A stretch of 57,034 nucleotides of DNA, from the IMG/VR virus record IMGVR_UViG_3300036886_000048, positions 1 through 57,034 of that record; one strand, written 5' to 3'. The position numbers and the translations under genes are program-made. This document shows, in pieces, positions 27,962-37,682 of the stretch (position 1 is the stretch's first letter; each line of letters starts with the position of its first letter). The DNA comes from a virus. Lineage: Duplodnaviria; Caudoviricetes. The notes under the pieces were generated by a model that was not told where the DNA came from, searched no databases, and saw nothing but the letters and a program-made list of their open reading frames with translations.

Positions 27962-30900
27962 ATGACCACTACTGTAAATCTCCCCGATGGAACCCAACTG
28001 AATTTCCCTGACGGCATGGACAACCAATCCATGCAGTCTGCAATTTACACGTCGTTTCCTCAGTACGCCCCAAAACCAGCTCCATCCTTTTTTGAACGGA
28101 CACAGCAAAAAATTGCTGCGGCGGTTGCGCCTACATCTGATGTTTCGGTTATGGATCAGATCAAGAATATTTCTAGTGGACAGATCAAAAATGCGACTGC
28201 CAAATTCAATGCCCCAGATAGTACGATAGGCTTCGATCAAAATGGAATCAGCGATACCGGAACTCGTTCGTTGACTCAAGCCATTCTAAACCAATCTCCT
28301 GTGCGGAAAGTAGAAACAAATCCTGCAACTCTGGAACCAGATTATGTTGCTCCGGTTCAACAATCGTTGACACCTGTCGAAACCGCTTATACTAACGTCG
28401 GAAAGATTTTGGATAACGCAAAGACAGGCGCAGTAGATTTAGCTGTTCCTCAGAATACCGAACAGGTTCTTGCAAGAGATTCACAAAACATGCATCCGAC
28501 TGAAAAACCTGTGGTTACTGACATTGGAAACGCCATTGCAGAAACTGCTAAAAGTTCAGGTCGTTCTATCGAAGATTTATATGCAAGTCTTGGCGGAGGT
28601 ATGCATATCCTTAACCAAGATTATGCCGCAGGAATTGTTGCAGATAACATGAAAGCTGGAGACAGCAGTTATCGTGCTACAAGGTTTCCCGGCAAAGTAG
28701 TTGAAAACGCATTGCCTTTAGTTCCAGCGGTGGCCTCGTTCTTTATACCCGGAGTTGGAGAGGTTTTAGGTTCGGCAATGTTGGCTGCTCAGTTTGGATG
28801 GGGTTCTGGAAAAGACGCGATAGATCAAGGGAAAAGCGTGGGTAACGCTCAACTAAAAACTGCAGAATATGCAGTACTTGGAACTTCGTTAGGAGGATTG
28901 GTAACAGGTGGAGCTACAAAAGCACTGAGTATAATTCCCGGAATCGGGAAAGCATTTGTTCCGGCAGCAGCAGATACTGTAGGACAGTATGCCTCAAGAA
29001 TGGCGCAAGGTGCTGCTGGAATGGCGGCATTTGTTCCTGTTGGAACAGCGATCAATCAAGGCACAGATGTTCTTACAGGACAGTCTGGCAAACCAGAAGA
29101 TTACCAATATATGCCTACCGTCGATCAACTCATGGCGGGCGCATTACTTCCTGTGCCTCATGCTACACGCGATTTTGTGCAACGCAATACGATGCCCGAA
29201 AAATATATCGGATTGCCCAACGGTGACACAGCAATGTCTCATAGTTACGGAGCACTTTTTTCGTCTGAAGATGCGGCAAATTCTTTCATAGAGTCAAACG
29301 GTTTAACTCGTGGATGGGAACCGCAAGCACTTACCGTTTCAGGCAACAAATTGGGTTTCGTAGTAAAAGCAAAGCCAGCATTGGAAGTGGACTTAACTCC
29401 TAAGCGCACTGCCTCTGATGGTTCAACACCACTTGATTTTTCTCAGCCTGAACCATCAACACAACCACCTATCCCGGAACTAACTGACGCAGTTGGCGGA
29501 ACTCCTGTTGGAAATCAAGAAGTTAATTCTCAGATGGCAAACGCATTCCGTTCTGCAACAGAGGATGCCGCATACAAACAAGTCGAACAGCAGAAACAGG
29601 CTTCAATCGAAAAGGCATATAACTTAAATTTTGCTGAGAACCAATTTCAAAAATATCAAGGAGAACAAAATGTCCCAAGAAACGAGACTGTACATCCCGA
29701 AATACCTACGCAAAGCACTCAAGGAGAAACTGGTGTCACCGGAGGAAGCACTGAAAATGGCATTCTACGATCAGATAATGGCGGGGGCGAGTCAGGGTCT
29801 AATCCAGTACGCCAAGATCAGCAAGGACTTAAAACAGTCCTCGACGCTGTTAAAACAGGAACAGATCAAGTTTCTAATGCGGGGCAACAAACTGAACTGA
29901 CAGGCCGTAGAAATCACATTGAGTCGGTTCCTCCAGAACTGGATCAACGCAGTGGTTTAGATCAACGCCATGACGAAATAATGCGTATGCAAGTTGCTCA
30001 CATGACTCCTGAAGAATTGCGCCATACTATTTTGCACGACGAACTTACCGATTTACCAAATCTTAGAAATTTCAACGAATCCCCTGTACAAGCGATAGTT
30101 GGCTTTGGTGACGTAAACGGATTGAAAGGGTTGAATGATACACATGGACACCCTGCTGGTGATGCATTGATAGCAGCTACTGGACATATTCTTAAAAAAG
30201 TAACCATATCTACAGGAGGTAGAGTAACTTTTTACCGCAGGGGAGGCGATGAATTTCTTGTATACGGCCCGGATGAAAAAGCTGTAAATGCCGCGATTGC
30301 ACTGGCCAGGAGAGAACTTAAAAAGGCATCTTTCGATTTTCAAACTATAGACGGACAAACGGGAACTCAAAAGGGTATCAGTATTGCCTTTGGTATAGGC
30401 AAGGATGTTGCATCAGCCGAAGTTAAAATGAAAGCTGACAAAGCTAGGCAAAAAGCCAACGGTGCAGCAGCAAGGGGAGAATTATCTTCAGGTTTAAGTT
30501 TACACAATCCTGTGCAAGACGCAACCAATAATGCAATTGACGCTTTGGCGCAACAGCACGGAGTTTCTACAACACCAGTTGCACCAATTGACGACCATAG
30601 AACACAGGTTCCAGCCGTAGCGAAGTTAGATAAAACTCTTCGCATCATTCAAAATTTGCCTGAACAACGTGTTAATCAAACAAACACATTACCGGAACCT
30701 GTCGAAATTCCAGCAAAAAACGAACAGGTTATTGAACAAAAACCTTCTACTCAAGTCCAAGGATTAAGGCCGATTATTGAGGACATGATCCGAAACAAAG
30801 TAGTTGCGTCAAGGCCGAACAAAGCAGGACAGAGATTAGACCTTGCTCCAGCTATTCAACGTGCCAAGGAAATCCTGTCAGGAACGCGCACAGCGACTCC

Positions 30901-33900
30901 GGCAGAAGTTTCGTGGTGGACACGTACTGCAAAACGTTTTGAAGGCGTGGATGCTCCTTCCGGGCAGGCAGCGAGGGCAATCATTGATTATCTCAAGTCA
31001 GGAAAAACAGAAATTCAGAAAAGTGTTCATGTTTACCCCGGAGAATCGACACCCGAAATTCTGCATAACCAAGACACCAAAAATGCGATCATCAAACAGG
31101 TACAGTTAGACCATCCTACGTGGGGTGATGCAATTACCAAGTTACTCGAACGTGCCGACAACGGACAACGGGGCGGTTTGGTAATTGGCAGTGAAAAAGA
31201 AAATCTGCAACGTGCCGCCGAAATGTTGGCACAGAAAAATGGCACTACAGTACAACATGAGCTTGACAGATTGAGCAGTGCAACGCAACAAAGTATTACC
31301 GTGATCCGTGCAAAAACCGAAGATGAAGCGCATAAAATTGCTTCCGCAGTCGGTGGTCGTGTTGGTTCTGACTTGCAAGGATGGAAAGTTGAAACAAGTA
31401 CGCCTGTAACTGGGCCGTTGCAATACAGTATTGCCGCTTATGAAGGATTATCACCCGAAGAAATAACAACCAATCCTTCCAGTAGCAAACTTTTAGGATT
31501 GCTCAACCGAGTGGAAAAAGCAAAGCGAACTGCGATTTTGCGCGGTCTTGTAGATGATGCGGGAAATTTGCATGTGTGGGCGGCACACGATGCGATACAC
31601 CCAGAAGGTGCGAAAGCCTCAGGTATACCTTACGACTATACCAAACGAGTGGTAATTACAAAAACCGAAGGACTTCCGTATTTTAGTTTCGTTGACTTAG
31701 GTATAAACAAATCTGACTTAATTAGGCGTTATGGAAATAACGAAGTGTTGTTTGATGTTCCGGGCAAAGGTATTGCAACAGGTGCAGAATATGCGAAACA
31801 GGAAAATATCAAATCCGATAAACTACTGCATGACTTGAGGATTGAACCTCTGCAATATAGCAAAAATCAAATGGGTTTTTATAGCCAATTGAAAAACGCG
31901 ATTGATTCGGCTTCGGATAAAATATTTACAACAGGGCAACAAGTTAAATCGTGGTTGGATGCCAACGCTGGAAAACTCGGAGTCAAGAAAGATGAAATCT
32001 ATTGGTCAGGATTGACAGAATATCTGGAAATGAACCCCGGCAAAATCACCAAGCAAGCCGTTAAGTCGTTCTTGCAGATTTACGGTAATGTCGAAGTCAA
32101 AGAAGTAACTCTTGGAGGTTTTAAAAACGAGTGGGAAATTCTAAGTGAACACACTGGAAAAAGAATCGGCGGAACGTACCCGACTGAACTTGCAGCCAGA
32201 CGTGCCGCTAACGATTCTCCAGTTGGTGACAATCCAATAGTAAATCAGGTACGTGCAGACAACACAGGAGGTGCACCAAAGTATTACGTTTATCAACTTC
32301 CCGGTGGAGAGAATTACAAAGAGCTATTGCTGACGCTTCCAGAAAAAAACGATTCTACAGAAAAACTAAAAGATGCTCTTGATAAAGAATACAGAGTGCA
32401 TGGAAATTCTGAACATTATGACGAGCTTCTGGCGCAGCAAAAAAAGATAAGGGATGAAAATAAAAATTTTACATCGCAGCACTTCAACGAAAAAAACATC
32501 CTTGTTCACATCCGATTTAACGAGCGCACTGATGCAAACGGCAAGAAGGTTTTATTCATTGAAGAAATCCAATCTGACTGGGGACAGAAGGGAAAGAAAG
32601 AAGGATTTGTAACCGATGGTAAATTGCCAACTGACTGGACGGTACACCAGACTGGCCCGGATGGGTCTTGGTATGTACTTGATAAATCCAATACCCAAGT
32701 TGGTATCTACGGACGAACACGCGAGGAAGCCATTGCGACAGCACTTAATCCGAAGGGATATACAGGTGGCGTATCTAATGCCCCATTCGTGACAGATACA
32801 AAATCATGGACGACCCTTGCGTTAAAACGCATGATTATCTACGCTGCAGAAAACGGTTACGATAAAATTGCGTGGACAACAGGAGAACAACAGGTCGATA
32901 GATATAACCTTGCACACCAATTACAAAAGATAACCGCAATAAAACGAGGCGACACGTTTCAGATTCTTGGAATTGGAACTGACGGACAATCTCATAATTT
33001 TGGGGATCATACCGTTGCAGAGTTACCAAATGTCGTAGGAAAAGAACTAGCCGAAAAAATAGCAAATCAAGAAATGCCGAATGAAGTGTACGCAGGAAAT
33101 GATTTGAAGATTGGCGGCGAAGGAATGAAAGGTTATTATGACCAGATCGTTCCGCAGGTTGCAAACGAGATTCTGAAAAAGGTTGGTGGTGGGAAAGTTG
33201 AGCCTGTCGGAATAAATACTAGACATGAAGGTGCGGTATCGGGTGAAATGGTGATGAATCAATGGCATATTCCGATGGACCAACAAGATCGGTATTGGCA
33301 TGACATGACTTTAACGCAACGTTATACTGCAATTCATGCGTTTAGATCGGAAAAAGATGTTCAACCCGGATTTGTTATTACCCCTGAATTACGGACAAAA
33401 ATTCAATCCGAAGGTCTGCCGTTATTCAGCAAACAAAACACACGCACGCCAGGTTTCTATAGTCCTGAACTCGGAACAGCGTTTGTCAATCATGACGAAG
33501 TATCCGTAAAAGATGCGAGTGCAATTATCCTCCACGAAATGACTCACTCCGCCGACACTAAGACGCATCCCACGGATACTGACGGAAGAATGACCATCAT
33601 TGGAAAACAAGTTGTAACGCGCATGAACACGCCCGGAGTAATGGGATTACCTGTTTACGCTCGTGTGTGGGACAGACTGGTAAACGCGGGAGAAACAAAC
33701 AATCCACGCGAAGCTTTGAATTATCTTGTGGAAGAAACTTTGAACGATGCCAAACGATTCGGTTATTCTCGACTGGACAAAGGATTCATGGGATGGCTTC
33801 AACGTCAAGGATTTGCTGTATCCAAACCTGTAAAGGAATGGGTTGCGAATATCCGGGCAGCAATGTACGAACACGGAATTTCTGTGAAGGTTGAAGATTT

Positions 33901-36900
33901 AACAGTGGACGACATGATTGCTGCTGCTACTCGCGGAATGAAACGTGTTGCAGAAGGAAAACAAGAAGTTGCCGGATTAGAAAATAAAGCAATCTTGAAT
34001 GTTGGTTTAGACATTCCCGGTGGAGGAAAACTCAATCCAGAAGATGTACGTTCAAGTGTTGAGAAACTCGGAGTAAAGGTTCTGAGTGAAAATCTTCATC
34101 AATCCGATACAGAAATGACTTCGGTTTTGAGATTGTCTCGCCCATTGACAAAAGACGAAGTGTATCAATTGGCAGTCGAACACAAGCAAGACGCGATTGC
34201 ACAACGACTTCCAAACGGAACAGGTTTCCTCGCTGGCCCCAAGGCCGCAGATTGGGGAGACTATAATCCTGAATATTTCAAAATGCCAAACGGAAAATCT
34301 GCATCCGAATCAAATACTATTCAAGGTTCGGAACGAGGATCAAAACCCGGAGAAATTTCTGTAACCGGAGTTCACTATGGCAAGAAACTTTTCTCAGAAT
34401 TAAGTGGAAAATTTTTCGGTACGGCTGGCGCAGGTGCTGAACGCGACTGGTTGAATAAATTGCCAAAAGACGATCCATTGCAAACTCGGCTTGCGTTTTA
34501 TGTGAACGAAGGAAACGGAACATTCCCTGAATTGCAGAACGGTGTGGGTCATGTTCCGCACGAAGTTCCATTAAACAATCTTTATGACGTTGGATCAAAA
34601 CTTATAAAGACTCCTGTGGGAGATTACGCCGCCTTTGAACATGAAGTTTTGAAACAAGGTTACAGCGGCTACTACATCAAGAATGCTCAAGGTGTTGGCA
34701 AACGCCAGCAAGGTGTTGCGGTTCTTCTTGGCGATGCTGCAAAATCGCTAACGGTTCCTTCGCAAATTCAATTTTCTAAAAAAGAAACATTTGAAAATCT
34801 TAAAACAACGGTTGATGATTTAGCTGACCGAGTTAAATCAAACAAATCTATGTCAACCGTTTCAAGCGGAATATCTGGCGCGTGGGACGGAATTCAACGA
34901 GCCTTCGCTCCGCAATATCGTTCGCCGGAAGCAAGAGAGGTTTCCAGAATTTTGATTGAAGGACTTGGCACAAAAGAAATGGAAGGAATCCGTTTCCGTG
35001 CCAAACTGAACAACGCGAGTAAAGTCAACAATGAAGAACTGACGCTTTCTCAAAAAGCCAGAGACATTGTTGAAAAAGGTTTAACGGTTGCCGCAGATAA
35101 AGTCTTTCTAAGAAACAGCAAGGAAGAAAACTACGCATTTATGCAGGCAATGGACACCGGAGATTCTGCTTATTTTTCTACACGTCCCGAACTAAAAAGT
35201 ATGGCATACGTGATGGGCAAAATGTTCTACGACAAAGCGCGAGAAGTTCAATCTCTTGGTACAGGCGCACTCGAAACTATCCGTGAAAATTATTTTCCCC
35301 ATATCTGGAACCGCGAACCTTCTGGTGATACACAACGTCAAATTATGACCGCACTTTCAAAACGTCCATTTGAAGGACAAAAAGATTTTGTCAAGGCGCG
35401 TATTTTTGATGATTTCAATGCCGGAATTAAAGCTGGACTCGAACCTGTTTCTGATAACCCTCTCGATTTAGTTCTACTCAAGATGGAGGAAATGGACAAA
35501 TATATTCTGGCGCATAAAACTCTTCGGACGATTGCAGAAAATTCAGACGCAGTTACATTGATTGGTGCTGGAGATAAAAAACCTGCCGGGTACGAGGATG
35601 TAAACGGACGATTCGGATTCATCACAATCGGAAATGAGAAACTCAGATACGTTGCGCGTGACGACGTAGCTCAGGTCATTAACAATTATCTTTCTCCAAA
35701 TCTGTATCACAATAAGTATGTCGGTAAATTATATACTGGCGGAATGTCAGCCGCAAACACTTTGAACCAGTTTCAACTTGGGGTTTTCTCAGCATTTCAC
35801 GCCGGGTTTACTTCGTTTGAAGCCGTTATTTCTCACGCCGCAGTAGGTATTAAGGCACTTTCTGGTGGAGATTTCAAAGCCGCTGCACATTATATTGGAA
35901 CTGCTCCGGCAGCATGGATCAATAATCCAAAGATGGGTGACAGAATTATAAAGGAAATGCTGACTAAAGGTTCACACCCCGAAATGGCTCAGATCATCGA
36001 AGGGCTTCAACTCGCCGGATTTAAGTGGCAAATGGATACTCGGTTAAGAACCGATTCCACAAAGAGAATGATTCAGGCTTGGGGCGAAGGGAGACAAATA
36101 GTTGCCGCCGCGCATTCGCTCAACGCAGTAGTCGAACAATCGGCTCGTCCGATTCTTGAGTGGCTTGTGCCTCGTCAAAAGTTCGGTGTATTCGGTGAAA
36201 TGTATAACAAATGGATTCAAGATAACCCGAATGCGTCACATGAAGAATTGAGGAATTCCGCCCAACAAATTTGGAACAGAGTTGATTCACGTCTAGGCCA
36301 AGTGGTATATACACGACTGTTCATGCACAACGTCACAAAGAATTTTGGACAACTTCTGCTTCGTGCGCCGGGATGGACAGGCGGAACGATTCTCGAAGTG
36401 GGTGGCGGCATGAAAGACCTTGCGCTTTACGCAAAGGATGTGGCAACAGGAAAAAATCCCGGAGAAATTAGTGACCGGGCAGCGTACACGTTGTCGATGT
36501 TGTTGGTAACTTCAATTTCAAACGCACTTCTGACAACGTTATTTACTGGTAGTGCGCCGAAAGATTGGAAAGACCTTGTTGCATTCCGCACAGGTAACGT
36601 AGACGAACACGGCAGACCAGAACGATTTATGCTACCCACATATATGAAAGACGTGTATGCGTATGCTCACGACCCCGTCAAAACATTGTTGCACAAAACT
36701 CACCCGTTGCTATCGGTAGTCTCTGACATTGCCCGAAACAGAGACTATTATGGAACCGAGATTCGTAGCGAGGACGACGGACTTTTAAGGCAGCTAGGAG
36801 AGGCAGCAGGGTACGTTGCTGGCTCGTTCGTTCCGTTCTGGATGAAAGGTGTTCAAAAAGAACACGCGAGGGGAGGTAGCCTTATGACTGAGGCTTTGCC

Positions 36901-37306
36901 TTTAGTTGGGGTTATGCCAGCACCATCGGACATAAATAAGTCGAGAGCCGAAATTCTAATGAGCGAATACAGTGCCGACAGATTGCCTCAAGGAACCAGA
37001 ACTCGCGCACAGGCAGAAAAGGCAGCAGCTTCGTCAGAAATTTATTCCGCTATCAGGAAGAACGACATTGCAAAAGCACAGAAACTATTTGCGGAAGATC
37101 AGGCAAAAGGAATCTTGACTGCTCAAGACTATCGAAAAATTGCCATGTCGTCTGGAAACAATTATTTCGTGAACACATTTAAGAAGTTGACTTACGAACA
37201 GGCAGTTCGAGTTATGGCAGTAGCAACTCCAACAGAACAAAAAGAACTTGCTTTTGTATTTGCCCGGAAAAGGGCAACCTTTATTCAGAAAGGCGGCAGG
37301 CCATGA
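27962..37306 (+). CDS. giant polyvalent internal virion protein (GGDEF, EEIQSDW domain, HExxH zincin, SAM-lyase-like, ART-like)
   Basis: LPDGTQLNFPDG N-terminus; DELTDLPN..DVNGLKGLNDTHGHPAGD..RRGGDEF; FIEEIQSDW; ILHEMTH; HYG...GYSGY. Confidence 0.85.
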   Translation: MTTTVNLPDGTQLNFPDGMDNQSMQSAIYTSFPQYAPKPAPSFFERTQQKIAAAVAPTSDVSVMDQIKNISSGQIKNATAKFNAPDSTIGFDQNGISDTGTRSLTQAILNQSPVRKVETNPATLEPDYVAPVQQSLTPVETAYTNVGKILDNAKTGAVDLAVPQNTEQVLARDSQNMHPTEKPVVTDIGNAIAETAKSSGRSIEDLYASLGGGMHILNQDYAAGIVADNMKAGDSSYRATRFPGKVVENALPLVPAVASFFIPGVGEVLGSAMLAAQFGWGSGKDAIDQGKSVGNAQLKTAEYAVLGTSLGGLVTGGATKALSIIPGIGKAFVPAAADTVGQYASRMAQGAAGMAAFVPVGTAINQGTDVLTGQSGKPEDYQYMPTVDQLMAGALLPVPHATRDFVQRNTMPEKYIGLPNGDTAMSHSYGALFSSEDAANSFIESNGLTRGWEPQALTVSGNKLGFVVKAKPALEVDLTPKRTASDGSTPLDFSQPEPSTQPPIPELTDAVGGTPVGNQEVNSQMANAFRSATEDAAYKQVEQQKQASIEKAYNLNFAENQFQKYQGEQNVPRNETVHPEIPTQSTQGETGVTGGSTENGILRSDNGGGESGSNPVRQDQQGLKTVLDAVKTGTDQVSNAGQQTELTGRRNHIESVPPELDQRSGLDQRHDEIMRMQVAHMTPEELRHTILHDELTDLPNLRNFNESPVQAIVGFGDVNGLKGLNDTHGHPAGDALIAATGHILKKVTISTGGRVTFYRRGGDEFLVYGPDEKAVNAAIALARRELKKASFDFQTIDGQTGTQKGISIAFGIGKDVASAEVKMKADKARQKANGAAARGELSSGLSLHNPVQDATNNAIDALAQQHGVSTTPVAPIDDHRTQVPAVAKLDKTLRIIQNLPEQRVNQTNTLPEPVEIPAKNEQVIEQKPSTQVQGLRPIIEDMIRNKVVASRPNKAGQRLDLAPAIQRAKEILSGTRTATPAEVSWWTRTAKRFEGVDAPSGQAARAIIDYLKSGKTEIQKSVHVYPGESTPEILHNQDTKNAIIKQVQLDHPTWGDAITKLLERADNGQRGGLVIGSEKENLQRAAEMLAQKNGTTVQHELDRLSSATQQSITVIRAKTEDEAHKIASAVGGRVGSDLQGWKVETSTPVTGPLQYSIAAYEGLSPEEITTNPSSSKLLGLLNRVEKAKRTAILRGLVDDAGNLHVWAAHDAIHPEGAKASGIPYDYTKRVVITKTEGLPYFSFVDLGINKSDLIRRYGNNEVLFDVPGKGIATGAEYAKQENIKSDKLLHDLRIEPLQYSKNQMGFYSQLKNAIDSASDKIFTTGQQVKSWLDANAGKLGVKKDEIYWSGLTEYLEMNPGKITKQAVKSFLQIYGNVEVKEVTLGGFKNEWEILSEHTGKRIGGTYPTELAARRAANDSPVGDNPIVNQVRADNTGGAPKYYVYQLPGGENYKELLLTLPEKNDSTEKLKDALDKEYRVHGNSEHYDELLAQQKKIRDENKNFTSQHFNEKNILVHIRFNERTDANGKKVLFIEEIQSDWGQKGKKEGFVTDGKLPTDWTVHQTGPDGSWYVLDKSNTQVGIYGRTREEAIATALNPKGYTGGVSNAPFVTDTKSWTTLALKRMIIYAAENGYDKIAWTTGEQQVDRYNLAHQLQKITAIKRGDTFQILGIGTDGQSHNFGDHTVAELPNVVGKELAEKIANQEMPNEVYAGNDLKIGGEGMKGYYDQIVPQVANEILKKVGGGKVEPVGINTRHEGAVSGEMVMNQWHIPMDQQDRYWHDMTLTQRYTAIHAFRSEKDVQPGFVITPELRTKIQSEGLPLFSKQNTRTPGFYSPELGTAFVNHDEVSVKDASAIILHEMTHSADTKTHPTDTDGRMTIIGKQVVTRMNTPGVMGLPVYARVWDRLVNAGETNNPREALNYLVEETLNDAKRFGYSRLDKGFMGWLQRQGFAVSKPVKEWVANIRAAMYEHGISVKVEDLTVDDMIAAATRGMKRVAEGKQEVAGLENKAILNVGLDIPGGGKLNPEDVRSSVEKLGVKVLSENLHQSDTEMTSVLRLSRPLTKDEVYQLAVEHKQDAIAQRLPNGTGFLAGPKAADWGDYNPEYFKMPNGKSASESNTIQGSERGSKPGEISVTGVHYGKKLFSELSGKFFGTAGAGAERDWLNKLPKDDPLQTRLAFYVNEGNGTFPELQNGVGHVPHEVPLNNLYDVGSKLIKTPVGDYAAFEHEVLKQGYSGYYIKNAQGVGKRQQGVAVLLGDAAKSLTVPSQIQFSKKETFENLKTTVDDLADRVKSNKSMSTVSSGISGAWDGIQRAFAPQYRSPEAREVSRILIEGLGTKEMEGIRFRAKLNNASKVNNEELTLSQKARDIVEKGLTVAADKVFLRNSKEENYAFMQAMDTGDSAYFSTRPELKSMAYVMGKMFYDKAREVQSLGTGALETIRENYFPHIWNREPSGDTQRQIMTALSKRPFEGQKDFVKARIFDDFNAGIKAGLEPVSDNPLDLVLLKMEEMDKYILAHKTLRTIAENSDAVTLIGAGDKKPAGYEDVNGRFGFITIGNEKLRYVARDDVAQVINNYLSPNLYHNKYVGKLYTGGMSAANTLNQFQLGVFSAFHAGFTSFEAVISHAAVGIKALSGGDFKAAAHYIGTAPAAWINNPKMGDRIIKEMLTKGSHPEMAQIIEGLQLAGFKWQMDTRLRTDSTKRMIQAWGEGRQIVAAAHSLNAVVEQSARPILEWLVPRQKFGVFGEMYNKWIQDNPNASHEELRNSAQQIWNRVDSRLGQVVYTRLFMHNVTKNFGQLLLRAPGWTGGTILEVGGGMKDLALYAKDVATGKNPGEISDRAAYTLSMLLVTSISNALLTTLFTGSAPKDWKDLVAFRTGNVDEHGRPERFMLPTYMKDVYAYAHDPVKTLLHKTHPLLSVVSDIARNRDYYGTEIRSEDDGLLRQLGEAAGYVAGSFVPFWMKGVQKEHARGGSLMTEALPLVGVMPAPSDINKSRAEILMSEYSADRLPQGTRTRAQAEKAAASSEIYSAIRKNDIAKAQKLFAEDQAKGILTAQDYRKIAMSSGNNYFVNTFKKLTYEQAVRVMAVATPTEQKELAFVFARKRATFIQKGGRP

Positions 37307-37614
37307 CGGATTTAAAACCCGGTGACAGATGTATTGTAATTCGAAGTGATTTGGGAAACGAGGGGAAAATCTGCACAGTTACGGATTATTTCTTTGGTGG
37401 AGAATTTGACGGAAAGCGGGTATCGTTTATTGCCGATGTGATTATCACCAGCATGGGTTCTCCATTTAAGATTGCGTCATTGAATGGAATAAAACGGAGT
37501 ACAATGACTACCCCCGCATATTCGCGTAATCTCAGGAAATTGCCCGACATCCTTGACGAACAACCAGCGGAACAAGTTCGATTACCACTCTTGGGTAAAA
37601 AGAGCGAGAAGTAA
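37303..37614 (+). CDS. hypothetical protein (SH3/KOW-like start)
   Basis: LKPGDRCIVI...N.GKICTV; ATGA overlap. Confidence 0.6.
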   Translation: MTDLKPGDRCIVIRSDLGNEGKICTVTDYFFGGEFDGKRVSFIADVIITSMGSPFKIASLNGIKRSTMTTPAYSRNLRKLPDILDEQPAEQVRLPLLGKKSEK

Positions 37615-37638
37615 AACATAAACCGCAGCACAAAAGAA

Positions 37639-37680
37639 AACGGTCAGTACGATAAAATCTCTGACCGTTAATTTTTTATT
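37639..37680. terminator. bidirectional terminator between convergent operons
   Basis: AACGGTCAG/CTGACCGTT stem flanked by A-rich and T-rich tracts. Confidence 0.6.
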
Positions 37681-37682
37681 AG

